Source of the DNA: Octopus vulgaris
Taxonomy: Eukaryota
Direction: 5' to 3'
Assembly: GCA_951406725.2 (NCBI GenBank)
Contig: OX597815.1
Span: 19,964,001-20,028,000 of the forward strand
Length of the DNA: 64,000 nucleotides
Shown here: in pieces, positions 16,391 to 28,559 of the stretch
Layout: the number at the start of each line of letters is the position of its first letter
How positions within the stretch are numbered: position 1 is the stretch's first letter
Made by a program: the position numbers and the translations under genes
Notes under the pieces: model-generated
The model's database searches: none
What the model saw: the letters and a program-made list of their open reading frames with translations, nothing else
What the model was told of the DNA's origin: nothing

Positions 16391-17824
16391 CACAGACTTT
16401 ACGAGTCGGGCGTAATAGTGAAAAAATACAGGCTCTACGAGTCGGGCGTAATAGTACAAAAATACAGGCTTTATGAGTCGTGCGTAATAGTAAAAAATAC
16501 AGACTTTACAAGTCGGGCGTAACAGTACAAAAATATAGGCTTTTCGAGTCGGGCGTAATAGTACAAAAATACAGGCTTTACGAGTCGAGCGTAATAGTAA
16601 AAAAAATACAGGCTTTACGAGTCGGGCGTAATAGTACAAAAATACAGGCTTTACGAGTCGGGCGTAATAGTACAAAAATACAGGCTTTACGAGTCGAGCG
16701 TAATAGTAAAAAAATACAGGCTTTACTAGTCGGGCGTAACAGTACAAAAATATAGGCTTTACGAGTCGGGCGTAATAGTACAAAAATACAGGCTTTACGA
16801 GTCGAGCGTAATAGTAAAAAAAATACAGGCTTTACTAGTCGGGCGTAACAGTACAAAAATATAGGCTTTACGAGTCGGGCGTAATAGTACAAAAATACAG
16901 GCTTTACGAGTCGGGCGTAATAGTACAAAAATACAGGCTTTACGAGTCGGGCGTAACAGTACAAAAATACAGGCTTTACGAGTCGGGCGTAACAGTACAA
17001 AAATATAGGCTTTACGAGTCGGGCGTAATAGTACAAAAATACAGGCTTTACGAGTCGAGCGTAATAGTACAAAAATACAGGCTTTACGAGTCGGGCGTAA
17101 TAGTACAAAAATACAGGCTTTACGAGTCGGGCGTAACAGTACAAAAATACAGGCTTTACGAGTCGAGCGTAATAGTAAAAAATACAAACTTTACGAGTCG
17201 GGGGTAATAGTAAAAAATACAGGCTTTACGAGTCGGGCGTAATAGTGAAAAAATACAGGCTTTACGAGTCGGGCGTAATAGTGAAAAAATACAGGCTTTA
17301 CGAGTCGGGCGTAATAGTAAAAAATACAGGCTTTACGAGTCGGGGGTAATAGTAAAAAAATACAGGCTTTACGAGTCGGGCGTAATAGTAAAAAATACAG
17401 GCTTTACGAGTCGGGGGTAATAGTACAAAAATACAGGCTTAACGAGTCGGGCGTAATAGTAAAAAACCGGGACCAAGGACTATATCAGTTCTACAAAAAG
17501 CCTAGGAAAAGACACCTCGATAGGCTGCATAAAGATACTTCAAGAATATTGGGATAAGAAACAATTACTCCATCAATTTACATTTCTTGAAAAGAAATAT
17601 GCCAACAACCAAAATCACTAATTCAAAATGTACAAATAATAACACTGGTATTGCCAACACAGTAAAACTTCTCTGTGAAGAGGCTGAGAACGACACAAGA
17701 AACACGACCAGATGACCATAATAGCAAAATGTTGCCACTACCCGGACACGAGTCGGGTGTAACAGTAAAAAAAATACAGGCTTTACGAGTCGGGGGTAAT
17801 AGTAAAAAAATACCGACTTTGCCC
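16391..17824. repeat. 36-bp minisatellite (about 30 units to 17466, plus 2 units at 17748-17824)
   Basis: Consensus AGGCTTTACGAGTCGGGCGTAATAGTACAAAAATAC; period 36 (12-aa repeat in the ORF track); no spacers. Confidence 0.97.
17466..17747 (+). mobile_element. Fragment homologous to the upstream part of the R4-like remnant, interrupting the minisatellite
   Basis: 17465-17565 is a diverged reverse complement of about 15715-15817. Confidence 0.7.
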
Positions 17825-17851
17825 ATCTTTCCCGACACATACGTTGAACAT

Positions 17852-18236
17852 TTAGGAGCACTCCGTCGGTTACGACAATGAGGGTCCCAGCTGATACGAT
17901 CAACGGAACAGCTTGCTCGTGGAATTAACGTGCAAGTGGCTGAGCACTCCACAGACACGTGTACCCTTAACGTAGTTCTCGAGGAGATTCAGCGTGACAC
18001 AGAGTGTGACAAGGCTAGCCCTTTGAAATACAGGTACAACAGAAACAGGAAGTAAGAGTGAGAGAAAGTTGTGGTGAAAGAGTACAGCAGGGTTCACCAC
18101 CACCCCCTGCAGGAGCCTTCTAAAGCTTTAGGTGTTTTCGCTCAATAAACACTCACAATGCCCGGTCTGGGAATCGAAACCGCGATCCTACGACCGCGAG
18201 TCCGCTGCCCTAACCATTGGGCCATTGCGCCTCCAC
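17852..18236 (-). mobile_element. Full-length SINE S1 with TSD
   Basis: TSD acgttgaacat at 17841 and 18235; complete tRNA-like head. Confidence 0.93.
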
Positions 18237-19361
18237 GTTGAACATACACTTTCAACACAGGCTTTGCAAAAAGATTACCAATGTGTACTGAGAATATTTT
18301 AAATTTAAACTGATACAGAAGAAGGAGAGTTTTTTATAACAAACAACTGTACAACTGTTTTACACAGAATACTTACATGAAAACATTACAGCTTCCGATT
18401 CTCTATTAAACGTTATAATGTGAGTAGAACAAAATAAATATCTGCAACTAGCATATTTGAATGGTTCTTCTTTTCCGACAGCTATAAGGATACAAACAGT
18501 GTAAATATCTCTTTATCAACAGAAGTGTTTCTAGTAACTATTATTGGGAGCAAAGCATAAAAGAAACACGGGAATAAATGTCATAGAATCAGAAGAGGTG
18601 TCAAAATTTATAAATAGCTTGGTTAACTCATCGAAGAAAACAGGAAGTATGATACAGAAATTAATAGAATAGGAATAGTAAAACCTCGTTTCCTGAACAT
18701 GAAAACACTCTTGACATCGAAACACCTTTCACTAAATCTATGAAAAATCCTTGCGGATTGTTAGAACTCTTCAGCTTTGCGCTTTCACTGTAAAACATGA
18801 ACACTCGATAAAGACAGACAAATGCATTGAATCATCTGACATGTCGGTATTCACAAGGTTTGGACATCTAAAATGGACAGGAAAATATTGGAATGAAGAA
18901 GAAGTACTTCAATTTCGAAATGTCGAATGGAAATTAATAAAAACGATCTAATGAAAGGTGACTAGAATTCTTTCGATATTTCATTGTAAATAAATAAAAT
19001 CCATTAGGAAAGGAATTCAATGAGAAAAGAAGAGGAGAACAAGTGTTAGACAAAGATATATCATAGGAGAGGAGAAATGAGAACATGGCCCAGAGCGAAG
19101 AAGTCAATTATCTCAAGATGACGACATATAACAATATATTAATTGTTTATAGGGTTAAAAGTAATGCTATTTCAAGACATCTAGAGCAGAATTTTACTTG
19201 CAGCTGTTAAAATGTAAACAAGATAATGTAAGTGCAGACAGCGGTCTGAGGCTGAGAAATTCTATTCTTCGACGAATGGCTTCGGGAAGCCCCAGGTTGA
19301 CCAATACCTAAATCGTGAAATTTGGCAGAAGATACCAGAGCTGAAATCCTAGACTATACAT

Positions 19362-19419
<58 letters not shown>

Positions 19420-19553
19420 ACACATACATACAAGCATACGTACGTACATATGTGTAGGTGTGTGTATATATATACACACACACATACATACAGACACACA
19501 CACGCAAAAGTAACAGACAGACATAGGCACACACATACATGTATGTGTATATA

Positions 19554-20775
19554 TTGGGTCATCCCATAAATAATGCGTTTTTTTCAATTGCATGAAGAAA
19601 AAGTCAGAGGGGGATGGGATAAACTACCTGCATCAACTTGCTATAAAAGCAGATAGTAATTTTCCCTTGTCCTTATTCGTAGTGCAAGTTTTGAAGAGTG
19701 CAATTCGATTTTAATAGTTACTTATTCTAAAGCTATAATGGAAGTGACAATGGAGCATATTCAGCATATCTTGCTTTATGAGATCAATAAAGGCAACAAC
19801 ACAACGGAAAGTGCGAAGAATATTAATGCAATATATGGGGGAATCGGACAATAAGTATGAACTAGTGTCAACAGTAGTTCCAGAAATTCTGAGCCGGAAA
19901 CTACAGCCTAGAAGACAAGCCTCGTCCTGGCAGATCTGTAGAGCTCGATGATGATGTCCTGTAAACCCTGGGGCGCAAACTCCAATCGTAACTGTTGAGG
20001 AACTAGCAGAGAAACTTGGATTTGGTCATTCAACTATTCATCGACACCTGCGTGCCATCGGAAAAGTCAACAAATTGGGTCAATGAGTTCCTTGCAAACT
20101 TTCCGAGTCTAATCGCGCGCAGAGAGTAAACGTGTGCTCTTCTTTGCTGTCATGCCTCACGAACGAACCTTTTTTGAACAGAATAGCAACTGGTGACGAG
20201 AAATGGGTTCTCTATAGAAATGTCAAGCGCCGAAAACAGTGGGTAGGGAAAGGAGAAATACAGGCTAAAGACCCAAGGCTGCAGAAGGCCTTCACCCACG
20301 TAAGGCGTTGTTATCTGTTTGGTGGGATATGAAAGGTTTAGTGCACTTTCATCTTTCATAGGAGATCTACTACGAGCAGCTTGAGCGGCTTAACTCAACG
20401 CTAGAAGAAAAACGACCATCTTTGGTTTGAAGACGAAAGGTGTTCTTCCATCAGGATAATGCTCGGCCACATACAACGAGGATGACAGTCGAAAGGCTGG
20501 AGCAGTTTGAGTGGGAAACGATGCCCCGCCAACCATAATCGCCGGACATTGCCCCATCTGATTATCGTTTATTCCGCAGTCTTCAAAATCATTAGTCAGA
20601 AAAAATATGAATTATGTAGACGAGGTTAAAACAGTACTGGAGGAGTATTTTTCACGGACATCACGGACAAGTGAAGTTTGGAAGAAGGGCCTTGCAAATC
20701 TACCAAATAGATGAAAGAGCATTGTAGAAAACGAAGGAGAGTATATTTTAGATTCAAAAAGAACTTTATATATTC
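19554..20775 (+). mobile_element. Mariner, near full-length transposase pseudogene
   Basis: TA + TTGGGTCATCCCATAAATAATGCG left TIR; MEHIQHILLYE, TGDEKWVLY, QDNARPH and SPDIAPSDY motifs with stops and frameshifts. Right TIR not seen. Confidence 0.92.
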
Positions 20776-20777
20776 CT

Positions 20778-20945
20778 TTACTCTTATTCTTTTACTTGTT
20801 TCAGTCATTTGACTGCAGTCATGCCGGAGCACTGCCTATAATCGACCCCAGAACTTAATTTTTGTAAGCCTAGTTCTTATTCTATCGGTCTCCTTTGCCG
20901 AACCGGCTGTCAAGCGATGGTGAGGTAGAAACACAGACTCACACA
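20778..20945 (-). mobile_element. SINE family S2, partial
   Basis: ttttacttgtttcagtcatttgactgc signature shared with copies at 28055, 55900 and 57131. Confidence 0.8.
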
Positions 20946-20954
20946 CAAATATAC

Positions 20955-21018
<64 letters not shown>

Positions 21019-21089
21019 GTATGTATGCATGCATGTATGTATGTATATATATGTATGTATGTATATGTATGTATGCTTGTTTGTATGTA

Positions 21090-21148
<59 letters not shown>

Positions 21149-21180
21149 AAAGGAGATGTGGAACACGTGTTGTGATATAT

Positions 21181-21500
21181 AAAAAAAGGAAATGAAGAAA
21201 ATGCTGACAAAATGATTTAAGTAAGGGAGAGTGTATTTAATTAGGTGAGAGTTCCTTTTACCGGTTGCGCATTTGTTATGCTTACCAAAAGATATTTTTT
21301 TAAGTGAGATAGAGTTCCTTTCTGATAGATTTTTTTCTCTTATAAGATAAGAGAAAAAAATCTATCAGAAAGGAACTCTATCTCTCTTAAAAAATATCTT
21401 TTGATAAGCATAACAAATGGCAACCGGTAAAAGGAACTTTCACCTAATTAAATACACTCTCCCTTACTTAAATCATTTTGTCAGCATTTTCTTCATTTCC

Positions 21501-21505
<5 letters not shown>
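21181..21505. mobile_element. Near-perfect foldback (about 160-bp arms, 3-nt loop) in (TA)n, with hammerhead-like motifs
   Basis: Centre ctcttat-aag-ataagag at 21337-21353. Right arm TTGATAA-GCATaacaaATG-GCAA-CCGG-TA (21401-21429). Confidence 0.8.
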
Positions 21506-21556
<51 letters not shown>

Positions 21557-21558
<2 letters not shown>

Positions 21559-21870
21559 GGGTACAGGACGTCACGAAACGTGTACAACAAAAAAATACGA
21601 AGCACGAGTACAAGGAACATGAACTATTCTTTCAAATATCGAAAGACACATATGGTAAACAAAACAATTAACATAAAGAACGACCCTTCATCAGTTGTTG
21701 GCTGTTTTTCTAGTCTCGTATTTCGAGCATTAAACAACAATATATGCTTTCGATAAAACAGTTGTTCCCGCAAAGCAAATTAAATAAAATTTAGGATTTT
21801 ACGGAGGGACAAAACTGGTAACACAAACAGGACAGTGAAAACAAACAGGAAGGACAGCTGAGCCTAACTA
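21557..21870 (-). repeat. Probable short interspersed element abutting (TA)n, possibly Penelope pseudo-LTR derived
   Basis: T-rich minus strand ending at (TA)n, as for H1/H2; CTGATGA on minus at 21688-21694. Single copy here. Confidence 0.4.
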
Positions 21871-23279
21871 ATCAATTTACCGACCTTAGAAGGATGAGAA
21901 ATAAAATCGAGCCCGACAGAGTTTGATGTCAGAAAGTATAAATGATGTTCCAACAAAGGTTTTTGATGGGTAATTGGATATTGTTAAGGCTGCGTGTTGT
22001 TCCCATATAAAACCAAATTACCGACTTAACTTTTCAATGAATCTGTCGTTGTTTGTGTCGACTGACGTTTCCAGAGTTGAAAGTCATTAATGATTGCTGG
22101 GGATGTTTGTGTGCCAACGTTGCTGGGCTGTGTTATTGAATAGTTAAAAGAAAAAATTCGTGTTGTAATTTCACAACGCCGAACAAGCAATTGAACATAA
22201 TTTATCGTGCTGTGTTAGTATGAAAAGATGTTCATGCATTATGATTAATATATAAGAAGCAGTAAGGTGGAAATAGCAAAATATGAATGCAAGGAAAATG
22301 TTTGTTTGAAGTTCTACACTTGGGCTGGTTTTGATATATTAAGCAAATATACAAGTGCTGCGTCATATTTAGTTCTTCGACATCTGCGATTGAATATGCA
22401 GCCGTTAAAACAGATATAGAGAGTGTGCAATTCGAAGCTTGACCCAAGAAACTCTAAAACTGGCAAGAGTGGGGACCGTCATCATACCGGCTCGGACTTC
22501 TCAACACTGCGAAATTGGATCCTTTTTTTTTTTACGGTATTTATAGGTTTTCCCCACAGAAAGTTTCAGTCGGGTTACAGAACTATCACATGAACTACAG
22601 GCGTTGATTGGACAAGCGTAGATGATGAAACCTTGATAGAACTGTGATTTGAAATTCGTATGTGGCAAAACGTGGGTTTCAATCCATGCTACAATGTAAT
22701 TAAATATTACTGTAAGACATTTTGACCAGTTCACTGTCACTGTCTGGTACCCACCCCAACTGTGGATGTTGTAATATTTCAGCACGACTACATGGTATCT
22801 AGGATTTTCATAGGTAGAGGAATGGAAGTCGAGATGTTCAGGCCTTTTCAAGGACATTAATGTCGTAAGAGAAATAAAATATTTATACGTGATGATCGAA
22901 AATTGATTCGCAGTAATTTGAGTAAAAGTTAATATTCAAATCTAGTCCACAATGATGAGTGTGTATATGTATCTGTGTGAATGAGAGAGAGAAAAAGCGA
23001 AAGAGAAAGTTACGTGAGCGCGTGTGTGTAAACACAAAGGCGACAAGCGTGACGGCACAAGTCCAGCAGCTTAGAGGACAAAGGTTTAACCAATTGTATC
23101 GACCCCAGTACTTGTCTAGTACTTTATTTTATCGTTCCCGAAAAGATGAAAAGTACAGTTGACTCCAGCGAAACTTGAACTCAGATCTCAAAAGTAAAGA
23201 GTTGGAGAAATACCGCAAGGCATGATATTCTCATTGCATCACTTTAAGGTAAAACGTTATGTAAAGCTGTGCATCATAT

Positions 23280-23780
23280 TTCCTCTTTATATGTGAATCG
23301 AGCTAAAGCATTTGATGCAGTCAACGGGTCTTTTTAACTTGCTGTTAAAAACGGGATGCCCGCCAACCTGTTCAAGCTAGGTTATGAAAGCCATTGTGCA
23401 GTTTGATGATACTTCAGAGAGTTTCACTACTAAGAATGGAGTCATGCGGGGTTGCGAACTTGCTTCAACTCTGTTTAGAATATAATTCGCTCTTTTGATG
23501 TATTGAGCATTCAATCAAATGTTTGATGATGTGCTCCTCAGTCGGATAACTTAATGCAACTTAGTGCAAATACCAAATTTTCATCGTCTGTCATTCGGGA
23601 TCTGCTCACGATGCAGCAATAATTGCTTGCCGTGAGTCAATCCTAGAAACACTAATTGACATACAGAAACTTTTCATTAGCGATCTGTACAAAGAAGACA
23701 GTAACAGGACAACTGTCTTCTTTCTTATCCTGTAACAGCAAAGCCCTGATCCTATTTACAACACATTGGATAGATACTCA
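23280..23780 (+). mobile_element. Decayed RTE-clade RT fragment
   Basis: Broken translation KAFDAV..GCPP..VQFD..NGVMRGCELASTLF, matching KAFD..GCP..GVKQGCVLAPTLF. Confidence 0.75.
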
Positions 23781-23784
23781 GTGG

Positions 23785-23844
<60 letters not shown>

Positions 23845-23848
<4 letters not shown>

Positions 23849-24048
23849 ATCCAAACAAGAAAGCACAAAAAAACACAACAACGCGAGGACGTGGAACAAA
23901 TATAGTATTATTGGACGTTCAGAAAAGAAGGAAAGAAGGAGGGTTTAAGGTTTCGAGCGGAGCTCTTCGTCGGAAACATAGGAGAAGGAAAGATCCGGAG
24001 AAGGGAAGACAGAGGGAAAAAAATCGCCAACGGTACACACGAGGTCAC
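23845..24048 (-). mobile_element. Short hammerhead-motif element, family H1, within (TA)n
   Basis: Minus GTTT-CCGACGA-a-GAGCtccGCTC-GAAA-CC-TT-AAAC (23943-23977); TA repeats on both sides. Confidence 0.82.
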
Positions 24049-24059
24049 ATATATATATA

Positions 24060-24938
24060 TAAACCAAAAGAAACTGGAATTTTGCAACATCATTTTATTC
24101 ACTTAGTTTTACATGTCCACACTTTTATCGCTTTCAAAGTATTCTTCATTTGAAGCAATGCATCAATCCAGGTGCGTTTTACACTATTCGAACCAGTACT
24201 AGAACTCTTGCAAAGTGATGCCCTTTAACGTCTCCAACGTTTCATTCTTCATCTCTTCCACATCTACAAATTCCGTAGCACCAGCCTTCGTCACCACTAA
24301 TGACCTTCGAAAAAAGGCCTGGATCAACTTCAAACTGTTTTTTTCAGTTCCCGACACGCATTCATTCGTGTCTGGTTTTGATCTTCCGTGAGCAAGTGAA
24401 ACACAAATTTTACTGAAACCCTTTTCATTCGCAATTCCTAGCTGAGAATTCGCTGGCAGGAGCTCCAGGACACATCAGTCATATCAACAAGTTCGTCAAT
24501 TGTTCGGTGACAGTCCTCTAAGATCAGTTCACGTTTTCATTCGCTCAGGAGGTCGACACTCGTCCTGGTCTTCAAGCGACAAGTGACCATTCCTAAAGCG
24601 TGGAAACCACTTGTAAACTTGCGTTTTCCTCATGGCAGCGTCCTTGTAAGTTATTTGAAGTATGACAATTGTTTCAGCCGCTTTTTTTCCCCGAGAGAGA
24701 ACAGAATTTCACGGAAGCACGCTGTTCCTTTGTTTCAGCCATCACAAAAGTCGACAAACAGGGGAGAAGCACTGCAAAACAAAGAACCACCACATGGAAG
24801 TACAACATCACCAGACAACGCCGATCGAAGACTGATACCTGCGGGTCGCATCAAGTGGCTTCTTGCGGTGGAAGCCTGAACTGCACCGGGTTTATCCCAC
24901 AGAGAACGTTTCTGGTTACTTTTTGGTATCCTTGTGTA
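24060..24938 (-). mobile_element. Internally deleted mariner (irritans-like)
   Basis: Minus N-terminus MAETKEQRASVKFC..TQVYKWFPRF (start about 24740); C-terminus CIASNEEYFE near 24140. Confidence 0.8.
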
Positions 24939-25064
24939 TGCATACACTCACATATATTTGACAAACTGCTCTGAGCTTCACATTTGGTTGTTCATGATTT
25001 ATAAATGTGTCCATCCATTCGACACTATGCATTGAGTTCTGCATGTTAGATAATGCTTGTAGTA

Positions 25065-25284
25065 TTCTTTCACTCTTTTACTTGTTTCAGTCATTTGGCT
25101 GCGGTCATACTGAAGCATCGCTTGAAGTGTTTTTTGAACAAATCGGCCCTAGGACTTATTCTATCGGTCTCGTTGCTGAGACGCTGAGGTACGGGGACAC
25201 ATCAACACCAGTTGTCAAACGGTGATGGGACGGGGACAAACACCGACTCAAAGACACACATACATAGATATATGTGTGTTTCGC

Positions 25285-25290
<6 letters not shown>
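25065..25290 (-). mobile_element. SINE S2, 3' part
   Basis: S2 signature sequence. Confidence 0.8.
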
Positions 25291-25335
<45 letters not shown>

Positions 25336-25338
<3 letters not shown>

Positions 25339-25525
25339 AGAGTTTACGAAAAAACAAAAGACGAAGACAGGTGGTGTACAAAACAAACAGATGTATTAGC
25401 ATAACGCTCAGGAATAAAAAAAAAAGTATTTTACGTTTCGAGCCTACGCTCTTTTACAGAAAGGGCCACAGAAAAAACAAGGAGATAAATAATGTGTGTA
25501 GTGGCTAACGATCTATCACGGCGAC
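25336..25525 (-). mobile_element. Short hammerhead-motif element, family H2 (left member of an inverted pair)
   Basis: Reverse complement of 26165-26363. Minus TTT-CTGTAAA-a-GAGCgtagGCTC-GAAA-CG-TA-AAA. Confidence 0.78.
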
Positions 25526-25537
25526 ATGATATATATA

Positions 25538-25617
<80 letters not shown>

Positions 25618-25626
25618 TAGATATAC

Positions 25627-25677
<51 letters not shown>

Positions 25678-26164
25678 CAGATGTAATTTAGATTCAGTTG
25701 AATTAGGTACTTAAATTGCGGCACCTTGTTAGGACGATCTTATTTGCACACTCAAACAGTATTAGGTGATTATCAAACTCTACATAGAATTTTTCCCATC
25801 CGATATTCACGCAGTGTATGCAGATGGCACGTTCCAGCTTAGTGAATAAATCTCCTCTCGTTTGTTCAGACATGTACTCTATACAAAGATGCTTTCCAAA
25901 TACTTCCGAAGGGCAGATTCCAGGGTAGGTGAGTAAAATTGAAACTTATACGTCTTTGTTACTCATACACCAGCACTGACCAATTTCCATCCCGACATTT
26001 TCACACCTACACATACACACACGCACACGCCAAGATCACCAGCCCTCTTTCACACGCACACACGCACTGTCTTACACACACGCGCACCTTCGTTTTGGGA
26101 TCACTACTACTTTGTTATCTCCCCTACTTCTTCGCTCTCCTGTGTGACCCTTCTGTCCGGCATT

Positions 26165-26360
26165 TGCCATGATAGATCGGTAGCCACTACACACATTTTT
26201 TTCTCTCCTTGTTTCTCTCCTCATTTCTTTCTGTGTTCCTTTCTGTGGAAGAGCGTAGGCTTGAAATGTTAAAGACTTTCTCAATTCCCGAGCGTTATAC
26301 AAATACATCTGTTTGTTTTCTACACCACCTGTTTTTGTTTTCGTTTTTTTCGTGAATTCT

Positions 26361-26363
<3 letters not shown>
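26165..26363 (+). mobile_element. Family H2 element (right member; may extend left to about 25960)
   Basis: TTT-CTGTGGA-a-GAGCgtagGCTT-GAAA-TG-TT-AAA at 26240-26273; ends at (TA)n. Confidence 0.78.
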
Positions 26364-26413
<50 letters not shown>

Positions 26414-26415
<2 letters not shown>

Positions 26416-26743
26416 GAAGCACTCCGTCGGTTACGACGACGAGGGTTCCGGTTGATCCGAATCAACGGAACAGCCTGCTCGTGAAATTAACGTGTAAGTG
26501 GCTGAGCACTCCACATACACGTGTAACCTTAACGTAGTTCTCGGGGATATTCAGCGTGACACAGAGAGTGACAAGGCCGGCCCTTTGAAGTACAGGTACA
26601 ACAGAAACAGGAAGTAAGAGTGAGAGAAAGTTGTGGTGAAAGAGTACAGCAGGGATCACCACCATCCCCTGCCGGAGCCTTGTGGAGCCTTTTAGGTGTT
26701 TTCGCTCAATAAACACTCACAACGCCCGGTCTGGGAATCGAAA
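26414..26743 (-). mobile_element. SINE S1, head truncated
   Basis: Near-identical to 8404 and 43016 copies. Confidence 0.9.
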
Positions 26744-26752
26744 ATATATATA

Positions 26753-27267
26753 TCTATATATATAAAACTGTAGTTATGTGAGTGTCTGTCCCCTTCGATT
26801 TAGATTCCTAACTACTCCCACATTTTGCGGTGCAGTTTAACCAAATTCGGGTATCTTATAGTCGTGATTCATATCGAGCCCGTCTGAGTATTAGCGCGCG
26901 TCTACGATGAGTCTACGATTTTAAAAATAATTTAACCTCATTTTTTATTCCATTTTAATGCATAATTTTTCGTGTGTCGATGGCGGCGGAGTTGGCGTCC
27001 ACGCTCAAACACCTGCACCTGTTTGCTTCTCCCCCTTCTTCCCTCCCTCGTGAAGCTGTGGGGGAAGGGAGTGTAAGGAAATTAACGTCGTAAAGCGTTG
27101 TCAAGGAGACCAGCGTTCTTTTAGAACAACGACTTCATGGCTTGAAGACACCAAAACAGAAATGGCTAAGAAAGCCCGAATTGGCATCTATAAGGGAAGT
27201 AACTCTCTAAAAATGCTTATATAGTTATTTCCCTTACAAATCCGAGCAACGCCGGGCGATACTGCTA

Positions 27268-27268
<1 letters not shown>
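26753..27268 (+). mobile_element. Non-autonomous Helitron
   Basis: Starts TC after an A; GC-rich subterminal hairpin-like ccgagcaacgccgg; ends CTAG before a T; no TSD. Confidence 0.8.
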
Positions 27269-27325
<57 letters not shown>

Positions 27326-27626
27326 GGCCAAGAAAATTTGAAATGTTATTCTGCATGGTACGATCCAATAATCGAAAGAGAAGCTGATAACTAAAGACTG
27401 TGAAGCAGAAGATAAATAAATTGGAAAATATTTATTGGTGTTAAAAGATGAATGGGGGTGGGGGTGGGGGGTAAAACATTTCGGAAGAGTTTTGGCGTTG
27501 GCGTTCTTCATTGAAGAAAGATACGTTGATAAGTGATAGAAATAAATTTGAACAAAAAAATTTCATTTGTAAAAAATTGTTGACGCAACAGATATAATAT
27601 TCATTATAACTTACCTTAAAATAATA

Positions 27627-27647
27627 TAGATAGATAGATAGATAGAC

Positions 27648-27711
<64 letters not shown>

Positions 27712-27735
27712 GATGGATGGATGGATGGATGGATG

Positions 27736-27767
<32 letters not shown>

Positions 27768-27844
27768 CATAGATAGATAGATAGATATATAGATAGATAC
27801 ATAGATAGATAGATAGATATATAGATAGATACATACATAGATAC

Positions 27845-27875
<31 letters not shown>

Positions 27876-27943
27876 CATACATACATACATACATACATAC
27901 AGGTACATACACACATACATACATACATACATACATACATACA

Positions 27944-27975
<32 letters not shown>
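27627..27975. repeat. Compound tetranucleotide microsatellite (GATA)n(GGAT)n(GATA)n(CATA)n
   Basis: Direct reading. Confidence 0.96.
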
Positions 27976-28054
27976 CACACAAGCATATGTGTTTGGCGTG
28001 GGGTGTTTGTATTATAGTATAGTTTAAACGAAGCCTTGTCTGATATTTTTTTTT

Positions 28055-28265
28055 TATTTCAGTCATTTGACTGCGGCCATGCTATAGCATCGCCTTGAAG
28101 GGTTTTAGTCGAACAAATCGATCCAAGGACTTTTTTAAAGCCTAGTACTTATTCCAACGGTCACTTTCCACAAGCCGCTAAGTTACTGGGACATAAACAC
28201 ACTAACACCGGTTGTCAAGTGGTGATGGGGTTGGGACAAACAGACACAAAGACACATGCACATAG

Positions 28266-28329
<64 letters not shown>

Positions 28330-28475
28330 TACGACGGGATTCTTTCAGTTTCTATCTACCAAATCCACTCAGAAGGCTTTGATCAGCCCAAGGCCATAGT
28401 AGAAGACACCTGCCCAAGGTGCCAAGCAGTGAGACTGAACCCGGAACTATGGGGTTGGGAAGCAAACTTCTCACT
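28055..28475 (-). mobile_element. SINE S2 with internal (TA)n
   Basis: S2 body and most of the tRNA-like head. Confidence 0.85.
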
Positions 28476-28559
28476 AAACTTCTCTCTTTTTTAAAGGCAA
28501 AGCAATGCAAATTACAAAAATTAATAATTAAAATTGTATTTCAATATTCCGGTGTTAGG

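Noticed and set aside
16313-17187. Repeat-protein ORFs (YYYARLVKPVFL)n
   Set aside because: Product of a 36-bp unit; frequent A-run indels break the frame.
16391-17466. CRISPR array (36-bp repeats with an internal hairpin)
   Set aside because: Units are directly head-to-tail with no unique spacers; no cas genes; eukaryotic context.
15715-17565. TIR pair of a DNA transposon enclosing the minisatellite
   Set aside because: The inverted segments are part of an R4-like retroelement remnant, the array continues beyond them, and there is no TSD.
21640-21730. Hammerhead at the minus-strand CTGATGA
   Set aside because: No stem II-GAAA at the proper spacing, and a permuted fold was unconvincing.
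22000-22860. Minus-strand ORFs and exon-like segments
   Set aside because: No recognisable domain and no consistent splice-bounded open frame.
25869-25933. Possible 59-nt plus-strand exon (ttgttcag|...TAG|gtgagt)
   Set aside because: Isolated splice-like signals at a frequency expected by chance; no recognisable peptide.
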